64,000 nt of DNA from assembly GCA_965242695.1 (NCBI GenBank), contig CBDESU010000002.1, forward strand, positions 960,001-1,024,000, read 5' to 3'. The DNA comes from Cenarchaeum sp. (GTDB taxonomy: Archaea; Thermoproteota; Nitrososphaeria; Nitrososphaerales; Nitrosopumilaceae). A program made the translations under genes and the position numbers. Below, in pieces: positions 19,017-28,550 of the stretch (position 1 is its first letter; each line of letters opens with the position of its first letter). The notes under the pieces were generated by a model that saw nothing but the letters and a program-made list of their open reading frames with translations, did no database searches and was not told where the DNA came from.

Positions 19017-20657
19017 ATGACGGTCAGCGGAATGCTGGTCTGCGAAAAGTGCGGAAAGAGCAAGGGCAGACGCCCCCGCCGCGGGCGGTGGGGGACGAGA
19101 CGCAGGCGGAGGAGAAAGGGCGCTAGGATGCGCGGGGGCGCAATAGCCGGCGCCTTGGTTGTGGCAGCTGTCGTCGGGATATTGGTCATGCCAGGCAGCC
19201 TAGAGATCTTTGAGGATCTGATTTCCTCTGGCGATCCGCTCGAGTCGTTGCGCGGCGACCCGCACCCGAGCTCCGAGACCCCTCCCGATTCGGGAGACGA
19301 TGCGCCGCCTCGCGCGCCCGACGGATCGTCCGGCGATCCCCGGAGCGCAATAGACCTCTTGTCGGACACAGTCTGGCCTGCCTCGCCCCTTGACTCCGAC
19401 TGGAACATGTCGTCGTCGCCGGGATCATTCGAGGTGCAGCTAGCAAGGTTCAAGGGGCAAGGTGGTAGGCCAGATGTGCTCAAGCGGGTGCTGATCCTCG
19501 ACTCCCCCACGGAGCTGTCGTTCAGCTTTGGCGATCAGAGCCGCACACACAGCCACTTTCTACTGGACACGTGGTACGAGAATCGAGGGCTGGCAGAGCT
19601 TGACAAGCGCGATACGGCCCAGGGCTTCGGAGGCACGTCACTAGCGGCCAACACGTCCCGCCCCCAGCATTTGGCAGACGGCAAAATTTGGCACACGCGT
19701 GCCGACGTACCGCCCCGGGATTCGGATCTAGTCGAGTCGCTGGTGGAAGCAGCCTACGACAGGTCCGCCTCCCTGGACCGCCTATACAACGTAGCGCTTG
19801 ATGCCATAAACGACCACAGGACGGCGATGGGTCGAGAGCCGGTGCAGCTTAGCGACAACACCGCGGCCCAGATGCACGCGCAGGATGTACTAGAGCAGCT
19901 GGCCATATCGCACTACATGTCCAACGGCGAAAAGCCGTACATGACGTACAGTATGACCGGCGGCGCCGGGTACGTAGCGCAGAACGTGGCGTTCGGCGGC
20001 TACGACCGGCCATGGCAGTGCGGCGGCTACGTCATATGCACAAAGATCGATCCGGCTACCGACATACTCGCGCACCACAACGGGATGATGTTCGACGACG
20101 CCCACGCCGACTGGGGGCACCGCGACAACATACTGGATCCCTACCACACGCACGTGAGCCTGGGGGTGGCCTACACCGACTACACGCTCGTCTTCGTACA
20201 GAACTTTGAGACCCGCCGCATCGAGGGCGTCGGCCCCACTGGTGGCCCCGCCAACCCCGTATCGCTGGACGGCGCGGGGCGGATCACGGTAGCCGGCAGT
20301 ATGGATGCGGGGCTAGGCGTGCACTCCATTGACGTGTACTATGATCCGCTGCCGTCGACTAGGACGTACAGAATGCATGCGAACGACATGTCGTACGGCC
20401 TTGGAGATCCCATAGCGTACGTCTACGAGCCACACCCATACGGGTACATCTCAATGGGCAAAACCATCATCATGGCGGATCGCTGGAATACGTCTGGAGG
20501 CACGGTTCTTATCGAGTTCGACGCGCCCGCAGGCATGTCAAAGAACGGAGCCTATACGTTCTACGTCTGGCTGACGGATGGCATACGCCCCCCATTCACG
20601 GGAACCTCAAAGACCTTCTTGGTGGGCGATCCAGCTGGTTTCAGAACACCGTGGTAG
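19017..20657 (+). CDS. CAP/SCP domain membrane protein with additional domains
   Basis: IN.HR...G, AQMHAQD, ISHY, AQNVA, WGHRDNILDPYHTHVSLGVA, QNFE; N-terminal CEKCG, Arg run, TM. Confidence 0.88.
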   Translation: MTVSGMLVCEKCGKSKGRRPRRGRWGTRRRRRRKGARMRGGAIAGALVVAAVVGILVMPGSLEIFEDLISSGDPLESLRGDPHPSSETPPDSGDDAPPRAPDGSSGDPRSAIDLLSDTVWPASPLDSDWNMSSSPGSFEVQLARFKGQGGRPDVLKRVLILDSPTELSFSFGDQSRTHSHFLLDTWYENRGLAELDKRDTAQGFGGTSLAANTSRPQHLADGKIWHTRADVPPRDSDLVESLVEAAYDRSASLDRLYNVALDAINDHRTAMGREPVQLSDNTAAQMHAQDVLEQLAISHYMSNGEKPYMTYSMTGGAGYVAQNVAFGGYDRPWQCGGYVICTKIDPATDILAHHNGMMFDDAHADWGHRDNILDPYHTHVSLGVAYTDYTLVFVQNFETRRIEGVGPTGGPANPVSLDGAGRITVAGSMDAGLGVHSIDVYYDPLPSTRTYRMHANDMSYGLGDPIAYVYEPHPYGYISMGKTIIMADRWNTSGGTVLIEFDAPAGMSKNGAYTFYVWLTDGIRPPFTGTSKTFLVGDPAGFRTPW

Positions 20658-20921
20658 GGCTTCGGCTTGTCGTGTAGCGACAGGCTTTGCTACGGGGGTG
20701 TTGAACTGCGGCGGCGTGGCCCGGAAGACGGCGCCGGACTCTTGGCGCCCGCCAGCCCTGCCTCTCCGCCTAGGGCATGGCGACGCTCGGGCATGTCCAG
20801 CCCTGTCCGCCCCCGGCGCTTTTAAGCAGGCATTCTACACCCTGATTCACAAAAGAACTGTGTCATACATTCGAGTCTCTGGTGCCCGCCACGCGCCCTC
20901 GCCGGTATTGTTCACGTCATA

Positions 20922-22233
20922 AAGATTTGACTTATTTTACCCAAACTATTTGACGCGGTCAGGGTCTGCAAACAGTGGGATGTATTTTTTGGGCGACTTC
21001 GGTACCGGTTGATCGCCGTATTTGCGGATTATATAATTCAACGCTCCTTCTTTACCATGTCGATTTTTTCTTCGCTTTATGTTTCGCCTGTATGCATACG
21101 GACTTCTCAATAGATATTTCCAAAGGTTGAGGCGAGGGTTTAACATAGTGTTAAGGTATCTTAGTGTCTTCCGCCTCTTTTTTGTAATACTTGAAAAATA
21201 TTCATCATAGAACTCGGCAAGCTTGGTTTGGCGCCAATTTGCCTCCTGTAGACTCAAGTATGACGACCCCGGTGGAAGATAAAATATGATTATCATGTTT
21301 TCCATCTTGTCAATGAAATCCTTTAGTTTCTTGGACTTGTGCCATCCTGCGTTGTCAGAGATCACCACGATTGGGCCGAATTCTTCGACCGCTTTTTTCA
21401 AAAGCTTGATGACACCATCAGTGTTGGCTGCGTCGTACATAACGTTGCAATGCCGAGCAACGCCATTTTTGTCGGGCTCGGTGGTCAGTCCCAGTGCGAC
21501 ACACTTGGAACCCTCTCCAATGTAGGGCACCTTGACGGCCTCGCCCGGGGGCGACCAGTAGATCAGCTTGCCGTTCGCGTCTTGGTATACTATCATCTCG
21601 TCCTCGATCACCACTAGATAACCCTCTTTTTTGAGCGCCAAAATCTGGGGTAGGACCACTTTGCGCCAGTAGTAGACCTCGTGCGGTTCGGGCGATCCAA
21701 CGTGTGCCTTCTCTGCCTTCTTTCCGGTCAGGCCTTCCTCGTGCAGTATGCGCAGGGCCTGCCTTTTGGACATTCTTAACTTGCACAGTTTGTACATTTC
21801 AGTGATAAGCTTGCGGGGGGTAATACGACCGCCGTTTTTCTTGATATTTTTGATCGCCTTTTTGACCAGTTTGCGATCATAAACGTGCGGTCGTCCCTGC
21901 CCGCCCTTATCGTACAGCCCGTTGACCCCCTTCAAGGTGAATCTTTTCATGTAATTTCTGACCGAACCTGTGGATACGCTTAGCTCTTCCGCGGTCATTT
22001 TGCAGGCCTTTGTTTTTTTCATTTTTGATTTTTTGATCTTTACGCGAACAGAATTAACAACTAGCATTCTTTTTAGAGCCCTTGGATCTTTCTCCACCTT
22101 GATTGCTCTTTGGAGATTTCCTAACCTCATTGCCCGCCGACGCTCAGCGGGGTCTATTATATCTAGGCCTGCGTCCAAATGCCTAGAATGAAAAATTGAG
22201 TATCAGCTTTTTAGTATAAATGATTAAAATCTA
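20922..22233 (-). mobile_element. IS630-family insertion sequence
   Basis: Low-GC segment; imperfect 24-bp terminal inverted repeats 20922-20945 and 22210-22233 (16/24 by manual alignment), right end finishing in TA. Confidence 0.75.
20946..22178 (-). CDS. IS630-family DDE transposase
   Basis: HTH with GVNGLYDK..GRP; DDE residues in VIEDE, ISDNAGWHKS, YLPPGSSYLSLQEANW. Confidence 0.9.
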   Translation of the reverse strand: MDAGLDIIDPAERRRAMRLGNLQRAIKVEKDPRALKRMLVVNSVRVKIKKSKMKKTKACKMTAEELSVSTGSVRNYMKRFTLKGVNGLYDKGGQGRPHVYDRKLVKKAIKNIKKNGGRITPRKLITEMYKLCKLRMSKRQALRILHEEGLTGKKAEKAHVGSPEPHEVYYWRKVVLPQILALKKEGYLVVIEDEMIVYQDANGKLIYWSPPGEAVKVPYIGEGSKCVALGLTTEPDKNGVARHCNVMYDAANTDGVIKLLKKAVEEFGPIVVISDNAGWHKSKKLKDFIDKMENMIIIFYLPPGSSYLSLQEANWRQTKLAEFYDEYFSSITKKRRKTLRYLNTMLNPRLNLWKYLLRSPYAYRRNIKRRKNRHGKEGALNYIIRKYGDQPVPKSPKKYIPLFADPDRVK

Positions 22234-22548
22234 TGGAATCAATTGATATCAAATCAAGTCCTGGGTGGAGTGTATGCAACCACATCGTCTGCAATCGATC
22301 GTTAATGGTTGATGGTTGGCTTGCTTCACAATTAGTGTCAAAACTTTATGTCCTAAACAATACGTGGTGCGACGGTGACTATTCTAGGCTACATTGGTGG
22401 TTGGCTAGTGGCATTGCGCTTATAATACGGGAATAATCACTCCGGGCATGTATGCAGGAAGCGGGACCGCGGGGATGGTGGATGCCATGATCAGTATGTC
22501 ATCCACGTCTCGATGCTTGGCCTGTACAACAAAAGACGGTGTACACTT

Positions 22549-24039
22549 ATGAGAACAGGCGGGCGCGGGACAGGAACGCGGCGCCCGGCCACGGGCGGGC
22601 GCGGGACAGGAACGCGGCGCCCGGCCACGGGCGGGCGCGGGACAGGAACGCGGCGCCCGGCCACGGGCGGGCGCGGGACAGGAACGCGGCGCCCGGCCAC
22701 GGGCGGGCGCGGGACAGGAACGCGGCGCCCGGCCACGGGCGGGCGCGGGACTACCAAGCGTCAGGTACATTATCTGGTCGAATTCCGGTTTCATGGAGTG
22801 GCCAAGGAGATGATGCGAGATATCACATTCAACGTGCAGAAGTTTTTTAGGGAGCCCCAACAACGCGCATCGCAACATCGAATGGTGCCACATATGACGT
22901 TAGCTGGTCCGCTGACAACGGAAGATGAGGGCAGGCTTGTACGGGAAGTCGTGTCCATATGTGAGAAATATCAAATTATCAAATTTCAGTTATCCGGATT
23001 TGACAAATTTGATGACCGAGTAATTCATGTAAAAGTCAATCCGTCACCTTTGTTAATTTCTTTCCAAAAAGGGATTGTGAGAAGACTAAAAGATTTTTGT
23101 GAAATGAGTGAACATGACGATCCCAATCGCACTTTTAGATTCCACGTCACGCTTTATAAGAATAAGGATGGGATACGAAACTTTCATAAAATTTGGAATT
23201 TTGTTAACACGTTTCGCATTCCAGAATTTGATCTACATCTGGCTCGTGTCACAATATTAAAAAATGGCCGCATTCTTTGCGAGCATGATCTCATACTTGA
23301 AAAGACCCTTGACCGGCGCGAAGCACTGAGTAACACTCTGGATGAAAAAACCGATCGTCGTCTAGCAGAGGTTGTCGTCCCGCCTACTATTGAATACCTC
23401 CAAATCGACGATCGGGAGAAAGTCTACGTGATTAGTGACCTACACTTTGATCACACAAACATAATCCGGTACTGCGAGCGCCCGTTTTCAAATACAGACG
23501 AAATGAACCGCAAGATGGTGGAAAAATGGACCAACACGGTGGAGTACAACGACAAGGTATTTTTCCTCGGTGACATGACATACGGCACGAATAAGCATCG
23601 CAACAGGGTTCATCGGCCAATTGACTTCTGGCTTCAAATGCTCACCGGTAATATCAGGTTTATACGCGGTAACCACGATACGGGAATCATAACCAAAGCA
23701 AAAGTTATTCCAACTCACTACGGTATTATGTACCAAGGGCATAAATTCCTGCTAGCGCACGATCCGTACCGCCCCGACGGGTTTGACGGGTGGCTTATAC
23801 ACGGGGACAAGCACAACAACGATCTAGATCGATACCCCTTTGTCAACCAGAAAAGAAAAACGATAAATGTCTGTGCCGAGCTTATTGACTACGAGCCGAT
23901 ATCCCTAGATTCTCTTGTTGAGATAATCGACACAGGTAGGCCCCATCGTGCCTTGAAGCCTGCCCCTCGGCGCGCAAATCGCGTGTTAGAGGGGACTAGG
24001 GGGGCGGGCGGGCGGAGAAATCGGCCTCGGCGGGGCTAG
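22549..24039 (+). CDS. Fusion of 2H phosphoesterase (LigT/2'-5' RNA ligase-like) and calcineurin-like metallophosphoesterase
   Basis: HxT motifs PHMTL and FHVTL; SDLHFDH, LGD, GNHD, H.P, IHGDKH; low GC; start uncertain because of an N-terminal repeat. Confidence 0.85.
   Translation: MRTGGRGTGTRRPATGGRGTGTRRPATGGRGTGTRRPATGGRGTGTRRPATGGRGTGTRRPATGGRGTTKRQVHYLVEFRFHGVAKEMMRDITFNVQKFFREPQQRASQHRMVPHMTLAGPLTTEDEGRLVREVVSICEKYQIIKFQLSGFDKFDDRVIHVKVNPSPLLISFQKGIVRRLKDFCEMSEHDDPNRTFRFHVTLYKNKDGIRNFHKIWNFVNTFRIPEFDLHLARVTILKNGRILCEHDLILEKTLDRREALSNTLDEKTDRRLAEVVVPPTIEYLQIDDREKVYVISDLHFDHTNIIRYCERPFSNTDEMNRKMVEKWTNTVEYNDKVFFLGDMTYGTNKHRNRVHRPIDFWLQMLTGNIRFIRGNHDTGIITKAKVIPTHYGIMYQGHKFLLAHDPYRPDGFDGWLIHGDKHNNDLDRYPFVNQKRKTINVCAELIDYEPISLDSLVEIIDTGRPHRALKPAPRRANRVLEGTRGAGGRRNRPRRG
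22558..22751. repeat. 36-bp perfect tandem repeat, 5 copies plus partial
   Basis: GGGCGCGGGACAGGAACGCGGCGCCCGGCCACGGGC at 22561, 22597, 22633, 22669, 22705, partial 22741; encodes TGGRGTGTRRPA. Confidence 0.95.
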
Positions 24040-24207
24040 TGATACTGCACATGCACACGTTGTAGGTGTCCGCAGGTCGCCCTGTTCTGCCCCGTAGCCT
24101 CTTGCGCTCCTGACATGGCGCCCAGTAATGATCTCCCCCCTGTCTAGCCGGGCGGGAATCGCCGCCCGCGGGCGACCACTTTTATACCCAATTTGGGCCG
24201 CGCCGCC

Positions 24208-25362
24208 GTGGAATCGGTCTGCGTCCTGGGCGCCGGCAGCACGAAGTACGGCAAGCTTGAAGACAGCATAGCCGACATCACGGTGCAGGCGTCGGCAGAG
24301 GCGATCAAGAGCGCCGGCGTCGAGCCAAAGGAGATCGGCGCAGGCTACATCTCGAACGTGTTCGGCGTGGCCGACAAGCAGGTCCACCTCGGCCCCGTCG
24401 TCATGAGCAGCCTGGGCATACCCGAGAGGCCGTCCCTGTCGATCGAGTCGGCCTGCGGCAGCGGCTCGGTCTCGTTCCGCGAGGCGTTCGCCAACGTGGC
24501 CGCCGGCTTCTACGATGCCGTCCTGGTCACGGGCACCGAAAAGGTCACCCACACGGGGACAGAGTGGACGACGACCTACTTTTCGTACTGCTCGGACTTT
24601 TTCTACGAGGGCGGCGCCGGCGCGTCGTTCCCGGGCCTGTTCGCGTCCATGGCCCGCGCCTACCTGACCGAGTTCGACGCGACCGAGGAGGACCTCGCCG
24701 AGGTGGCCGTCAAGAACCACGACAACGGCCTGCTCAACCCCAAGGCGCACCTCCGCAAGCGCATAACGGTCGACGACGTGATGGGCTCGGCCGTCGTGGC
24801 CAGCCCGCTAAAGCTCTACGACTGCTGCCCGTTCTCGGACGGGGCAAGCTCGGTCGTCCTGTGCACCGAGAGGTTCGCAAGGGAGCACGGGGGAGACTAC
24901 GTCAAGGTGGTCGGCTCGGGCCGGGGCGGCTCGCCGGCGGCGCTGCAGGGCCGCGACCGGATCACGACCATACCAAGCACCCGCATCGCGGCCGAGGCGG
25001 CGTACAAGATGGCCGGCATGTCGCCCAGGGACATCGACCTTGCCGAGGTGCACGACTGCTTTACCATAGCCGAGGTCGTCGACAGCGAGGACCTCGGCTT
25101 CTTCGAGAAGGGGACGGGCGCAAAGGCCGCCAAGGAGGGAAGGACGGCGCGCGGCGGCGATATTCCGATCAACCCGTCCGGCGGCCTAAAGTCCAAGGGG
25201 CACCCGATAGGCGCGACCGGCGTAGGGCAGGTCGCCGAGGTGTACGACCAGCTTGCAGGCCGCGCCGGCGAGCGGACGGTCAAGGGGGCGAGGACGGCGC
25301 TGACCCACAACTTTGGCGCAACCGGCGCGAGCTGCGCCGTCCACATATTCCAGAGTGTGTAG
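24208..25362 (+). CDS. Archaeal thiolase (acetyl-CoA acetyltransferase, SCP-x type)
   Basis: ESACGSG, KNH.NG..NPKAH, DCCPFSDGA, EVHDCF, NPSGGLKSKGHPIGATG. Confidence 0.95.
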   Translation: MESVCVLGAGSTKYGKLEDSIADITVQASAEAIKSAGVEPKEIGAGYISNVFGVADKQVHLGPVVMSSLGIPERPSLSIESACGSGSVSFREAFANVAAGFYDAVLVTGTEKVTHTGTEWTTTYFSYCSDFFYEGGAGASFPGLFASMARAYLTEFDATEEDLAEVAVKNHDNGLLNPKAHLRKRITVDDVMGSAVVASPLKLYDCCPFSDGASSVVLCTERFAREHGGDYVKVVGSGRGGSPAALQGRDRITTIPSTRIAAEAAYKMAGMSPRDIDLAEVHDCFTIAEVVDSEDLGFFEKGTGAKAAKEGRTARGGDIPINPSGGLKSKGHPIGATGVGQVAEVYDQLAGRAGERTVKGARTALTHNFGATGASCAVHIFQSV

Positions 25363-25364
25363 GC

Positions 25365-25796
25365 ATGGACGGCGGGAATGCAGGGCAGGTGCAGCGGCAA
25401 GAGGGCGCCGGCGGGGGAGACGCCGCGCCCCGGGCGGCAAAGCGGGAGTTCATCCGGCTCGCCGAGCAGGGAAAGGTGCTCGCGCGCAAGTGCGCAAAGT
25501 GCGGCCGCCTCGACCTGGCGACGGCCTACTTTTGCCGCCTGTGCGGAGGCGGCGAGTTCGTCGATGCGGTGCTGGAGGGGCGCGGCCGGGTCGCCACGTA
25601 CACGATAATTACGGTGCCGCCCGAGGGGTTCGAGGGGCACACCCCGTACGCGTGGGTCGTGCTGGACCTTGACGGCTGCGACCTGCGCCTGTCGGGGTTC
25701 ATGGCGGGGATAGGCTCGCCGGCCGACCTGCCCGTCGGCACGCCCGCCAGGGTCGTCGGGCGCGACGAGCGGGGCGTCGTAATCGAGACCGTATAG
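25365..25796 (+). CDS. DUF35-type Zn-ribbon/OB-fold protein (thiolase partner)
   Basis: KCAKCG..CRLCG, G.G.V.TYT.I..PP.GF..PY..V.V.L; directly after the thiolase. Confidence 0.9.
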   Translation: MDGGNAGQVQRQEGAGGGDAAPRAAKREFIRLAEQGKVLARKCAKCGRLDLATAYFCRLCGGGEFVDAVLEGRGRVATYTIITVPPEGFEGHTPYAWVVLDLDGCDLRLSGFMAGIGSPADLPVGTPARVVGRDERGVVIETV

Positions 25797-25847
25797 GGGG
25801 TGAGACAGGATGGCCCGCCGCCGCAAGCCATACAGGATCTGGTTGCC

Positions 25848-26009
25848 ATGCCCATAGAGGTCGCCTGCGGCAAGTGCGGCGCAGTCATCGACACCATGAG
25901 GATGCTAAAGTCCGTCAAGGAGGTTGCAAGAAAGCACGGGGGCCGCTGCCCGTCGTGCGGGCAGGCCCTGTCGACGACCGACTTTGTGGTCGAGGCGGAC
26001 GAGCGGTAG
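25848..26009 (+). CDS. Small zinc-ribbon protein
   Basis: CGKCG...CPSCG, 53 aa. Confidence 0.75.
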   Translation: MPIEVACGKCGAVIDTMRMLKSVKEVARKHGGRCPSCGQALSTTDFVVEADER

Positions 26010-26092
26010 AGCCGGCCGAGTCCGGTCTCTTCCCCCTCCCGCCCCGGGCCCCCTCTAAAGTCTTATTTAGTCCGGCTTTCGATCGCCGCCGA

Positions 26093-28171
26093 ATGGCGCT
26101 GCACAGCGGGGTTGTAGAGCATAAAAGGGCGGAAATTCCGGCCACTCCCCGCCGCGTCCGAATGATCTTTTCGGTAATGGCAAGCCCGAGCCGCATCGAC
26201 ATCCTCCGCATACTCAACGCGCGCGGGATGATGTCGTACTCTGACCTCAAGGCGCTCGCGGGGTTCAGGTCGAAGAAGGAGAGCGGCAAGTTCGCGTACC
26301 ACCTGCGCAAGCTGTCCAAGCAGTCGCTCGTCGCGCTCAACAAGACGGAGAAGCGCTACGCGCTGACCAACCTCGGCAAGCTCGTGCTGAGCCTCGCCAA
26401 GCAGATCGAGGAGAGGTCGGTCGTCGAGAGCAGCAAGCTCTACGTGCGGACGTCGATCGACTCGATCGACGAGTTCCAGGCCACGCGCATAACGCAGTCG
26501 CTCTCGCGCGAGGCAGGGATGCCGCCGGACCTGGCCGAAAAGATCACAGAGGCCGTCGAGTCGCGCATATACAACATCCAGCCGACCTACGTGACGGGAT
26601 CGCTCATCCGCGACATGGCCAACGCCGTCCTGCTCGAGCAGGGGCACGAAGAGTACCTCTCAAAGCTCGCCAGGTTCGGGATGCCGGCGCACGACGTGCA
26701 GGAGATGCTGTCAAACGTCGACCGCATCGACCGCGGCTCCGAGGGCGTCCTGTCGATGACTGGAAAGACCGTGCTCGCCGAGCGCCTCTTGTCCAGCGTC
26801 CTGCCAAAGGACGTCGCCGACCAGCACTACTCGGGCGACCTGCACATCGACGGGCCCGGCACGTGGTCGCTCCTGCCCGACACCGTATTCGTCAGCCTGC
26901 GCGAGCTCGTCTCGGACGGCCTCGACCTCGGGGGCAAGTTCCTCGGCACCTCGCGCGTGCCGGCCCCAAAGACCCTCTCCGAGACGCTCACCGCGGTGTC
27001 GATGGCCGTCGCGATGGTCTCGAGGGAGGCCGCGCACGAGGTCGTGCTCGACGGGCTGCAGCACCTGCTAGCCAGGCATGCAAAGGACCCCGGCCTTGAG
27101 GAGGGGCTCGCCTGCGCGCTCGCCTCGTCGTCCGCGTCGTCCGTGCACGGCACGGGGCTGCCGCGCATCTCGCTGCGCGTGGCGCTCGGCAGCGAGACGC
27201 GGGCGGTCGCCGCGATCATGGCCGCCTACGCGCGGTACGCGAGGATCACGCCGCTGCCCAACGTCTGCCTCGTCGTCGACCGGTCGCGCGGCCGGCTGTC
27301 CGACTGCGCCGGCGCGCTAGCCGAGGCCGTCTCGCTAGGGGGGCGCGTCATGCTCGCCAAGGGCGCCTCGTCGAGCGCGGGCCTCTCGCACGAGCTCGCC
27401 AGGGAGTCGCCCCTGTCGATAAACCTCCAGTCCGTCTCGCTGAACCTGCCGCGCCTGGCAATAGAGTCGAACAAGGACGAGACGTACTTTAGGGCCCGCG
27501 TCGCGCTGCTCATGCCGCCGGCCCTGCTGGCCATGTCGCAGCGCAAGAAGGAGATATCCGACCTGACGAGGCGCGGCCTGAACCCGCTGCTTGCCCGCAC
27601 CACGCAGTACATGCAGCGCGGCAAGGTCTCGCTCGTCGTCAACCTGACGGGCCTGCAGGAGGCCGTCGCAGGGTTCCTGGGGTACGGGGACACCGGGGAG
27701 GGGCGCGCCGTCATGCACAGGGTGGTCGAGACGGCCGTCGACACGGCCGCCAAGAAGTCCAAGGAGCTCGGCGAGGACGTGCGCGTGTGCATCGCCGAGA
27801 CGGCGGGGTCGTCGCGCTTTGTAGAGCTGGACGGACAAAAGTACAAGAAGGGCGAGGTCGTCGCCGTCGCCGGGTCCGGATCGTACTCGGACTGCGCCGT
27901 CCTCGACGCCTCGGCGGACTACTTCAAGGACGACATCGAGATATCCGAGTACAACCGCCTGGCGTCCGAGCTCACCGGGGGGCTTATGGTGCGCCTCGAC
28001 ATGGGGGAGCGCCGCTCGCCGGACGAGATAAGGCGGGCAATCGCAAAGTTCTCGCCCCTGCTGCCGTCGTTCATGCCCGCCGTGCGCGTGCCGATCTGCG
28101 GCGCGTGCGGCTACAAGGACGCGGCGATCTCGGAAAAGTGCCCGCAGTGCCGCTCGCCGTACATCATATAG
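26093..28171 (+). CDS. ArsR-like wHTH + ATP-cone + degenerate class III RNR (NrdD-like) fusion
   Basis: SPSRIDILRIL..MSYSDLK..GKFAYHLRKL..YALT.LG (wHTH); VRTS...EF....ITQSL.REAG (ATP-cone); HYSGDLHI, SLNLPRLA, GLQEA, C-terminal CxxC-CxxC; no glycyl-radical RxxGY. Confidence 0.85.
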   Translation: MALHSGVVEHKRAEIPATPRRVRMIFSVMASPSRIDILRILNARGMMSYSDLKALAGFRSKKESGKFAYHLRKLSKQSLVALNKTEKRYALTNLGKLVLSLAKQIEERSVVESSKLYVRTSIDSIDEFQATRITQSLSREAGMPPDLAEKITEAVESRIYNIQPTYVTGSLIRDMANAVLLEQGHEEYLSKLARFGMPAHDVQEMLSNVDRIDRGSEGVLSMTGKTVLAERLLSSVLPKDVADQHYSGDLHIDGPGTWSLLPDTVFVSLRELVSDGLDLGGKFLGTSRVPAPKTLSETLTAVSMAVAMVSREAAHEVVLDGLQHLLARHAKDPGLEEGLACALASSSASSVHGTGLPRISLRVALGSETRAVAAIMAAYARYARITPLPNVCLVVDRSRGRLSDCAGALAEAVSLGGRVMLAKGASSSAGLSHELARESPLSINLQSVSLNLPRLAIESNKDETYFRARVALLMPPALLAMSQRKKEISDLTRRGLNPLLARTTQYMQRGKVSLVVNLTGLQEAVAGFLGYGDTGEGRAVMHRVVETAVDTAAKKSKELGEDVRVCIAETAGSSRFVELDGQKYKKGEVVAVAGSGSYSDCAVLDASADYFKDDIEISEYNRLASELTGGLMVRLDMGERRSPDEIRRAIAKFSPLLPSFMPAVRVPICGACGYKDAAISEKCPQCRSPYII

Positions 28172-28237
28172 TACGACTCTCACCACTCATCCTCTTCCTC
28201 CTGGCCTCCCGAGCTGGCCGTCCGGCCCGAGCTGCAC

Positions 28238-28535
28238 CGCGGCCCGGCCCGGCCCGGCCCGGCCCGCCTCCCCGGCCCGGCCCGGCCCGCCTCCCCGGCC
28301 CGGCCCGGCCCGCCTCCCCGGCCCGGCCCGCCTCCCCGGCCCGGCCCGGCCCGGCCCGGCCCGCCTCCCCGGCCTCTCAGCCGCTCCCCGGCCCGGCCCC
28401 CTCCCCGGGGCGATCGCACCTCCCCGCCCGGCCCCGGCCCGGCCCCCTCCCCGGGGCGATCGCACCTCCCCGCCCGGCCCCGGCCCCCCTTCCCCGGCCC
28501 GGCCCCTGCCCCGCCGCCGGCCCCCTCCCGCCCCT
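28238..28535. repeat. C/G low-complexity (GCCCG)n-type repeat region
   Basis: Many copies of GGCCC/GCCCG and CCTCCCCGGCCC; duplicated GGGCGATCGCACCTCCC. Confidence 0.85.
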
Positions 28536-28550
28536 AAGACCCCCCACGGT

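Noticed and set aside
22233-22436. 67-aa low-GC ORF beside the IS
   Set aside because: No recognizable motif; start overlaps the IS end; likely a remnant or spurious.
22558-22751. 36-bp repeats as a CRISPR array
   Set aside because: Units are directly adjacent with no spacers, and no cas genes are present.
26093-28171. Active anaerobic ribonucleotide reductase NrdD
   Set aside because: Lacks the glycyl-radical loop and catalytic cysteines; no adjacent activase.
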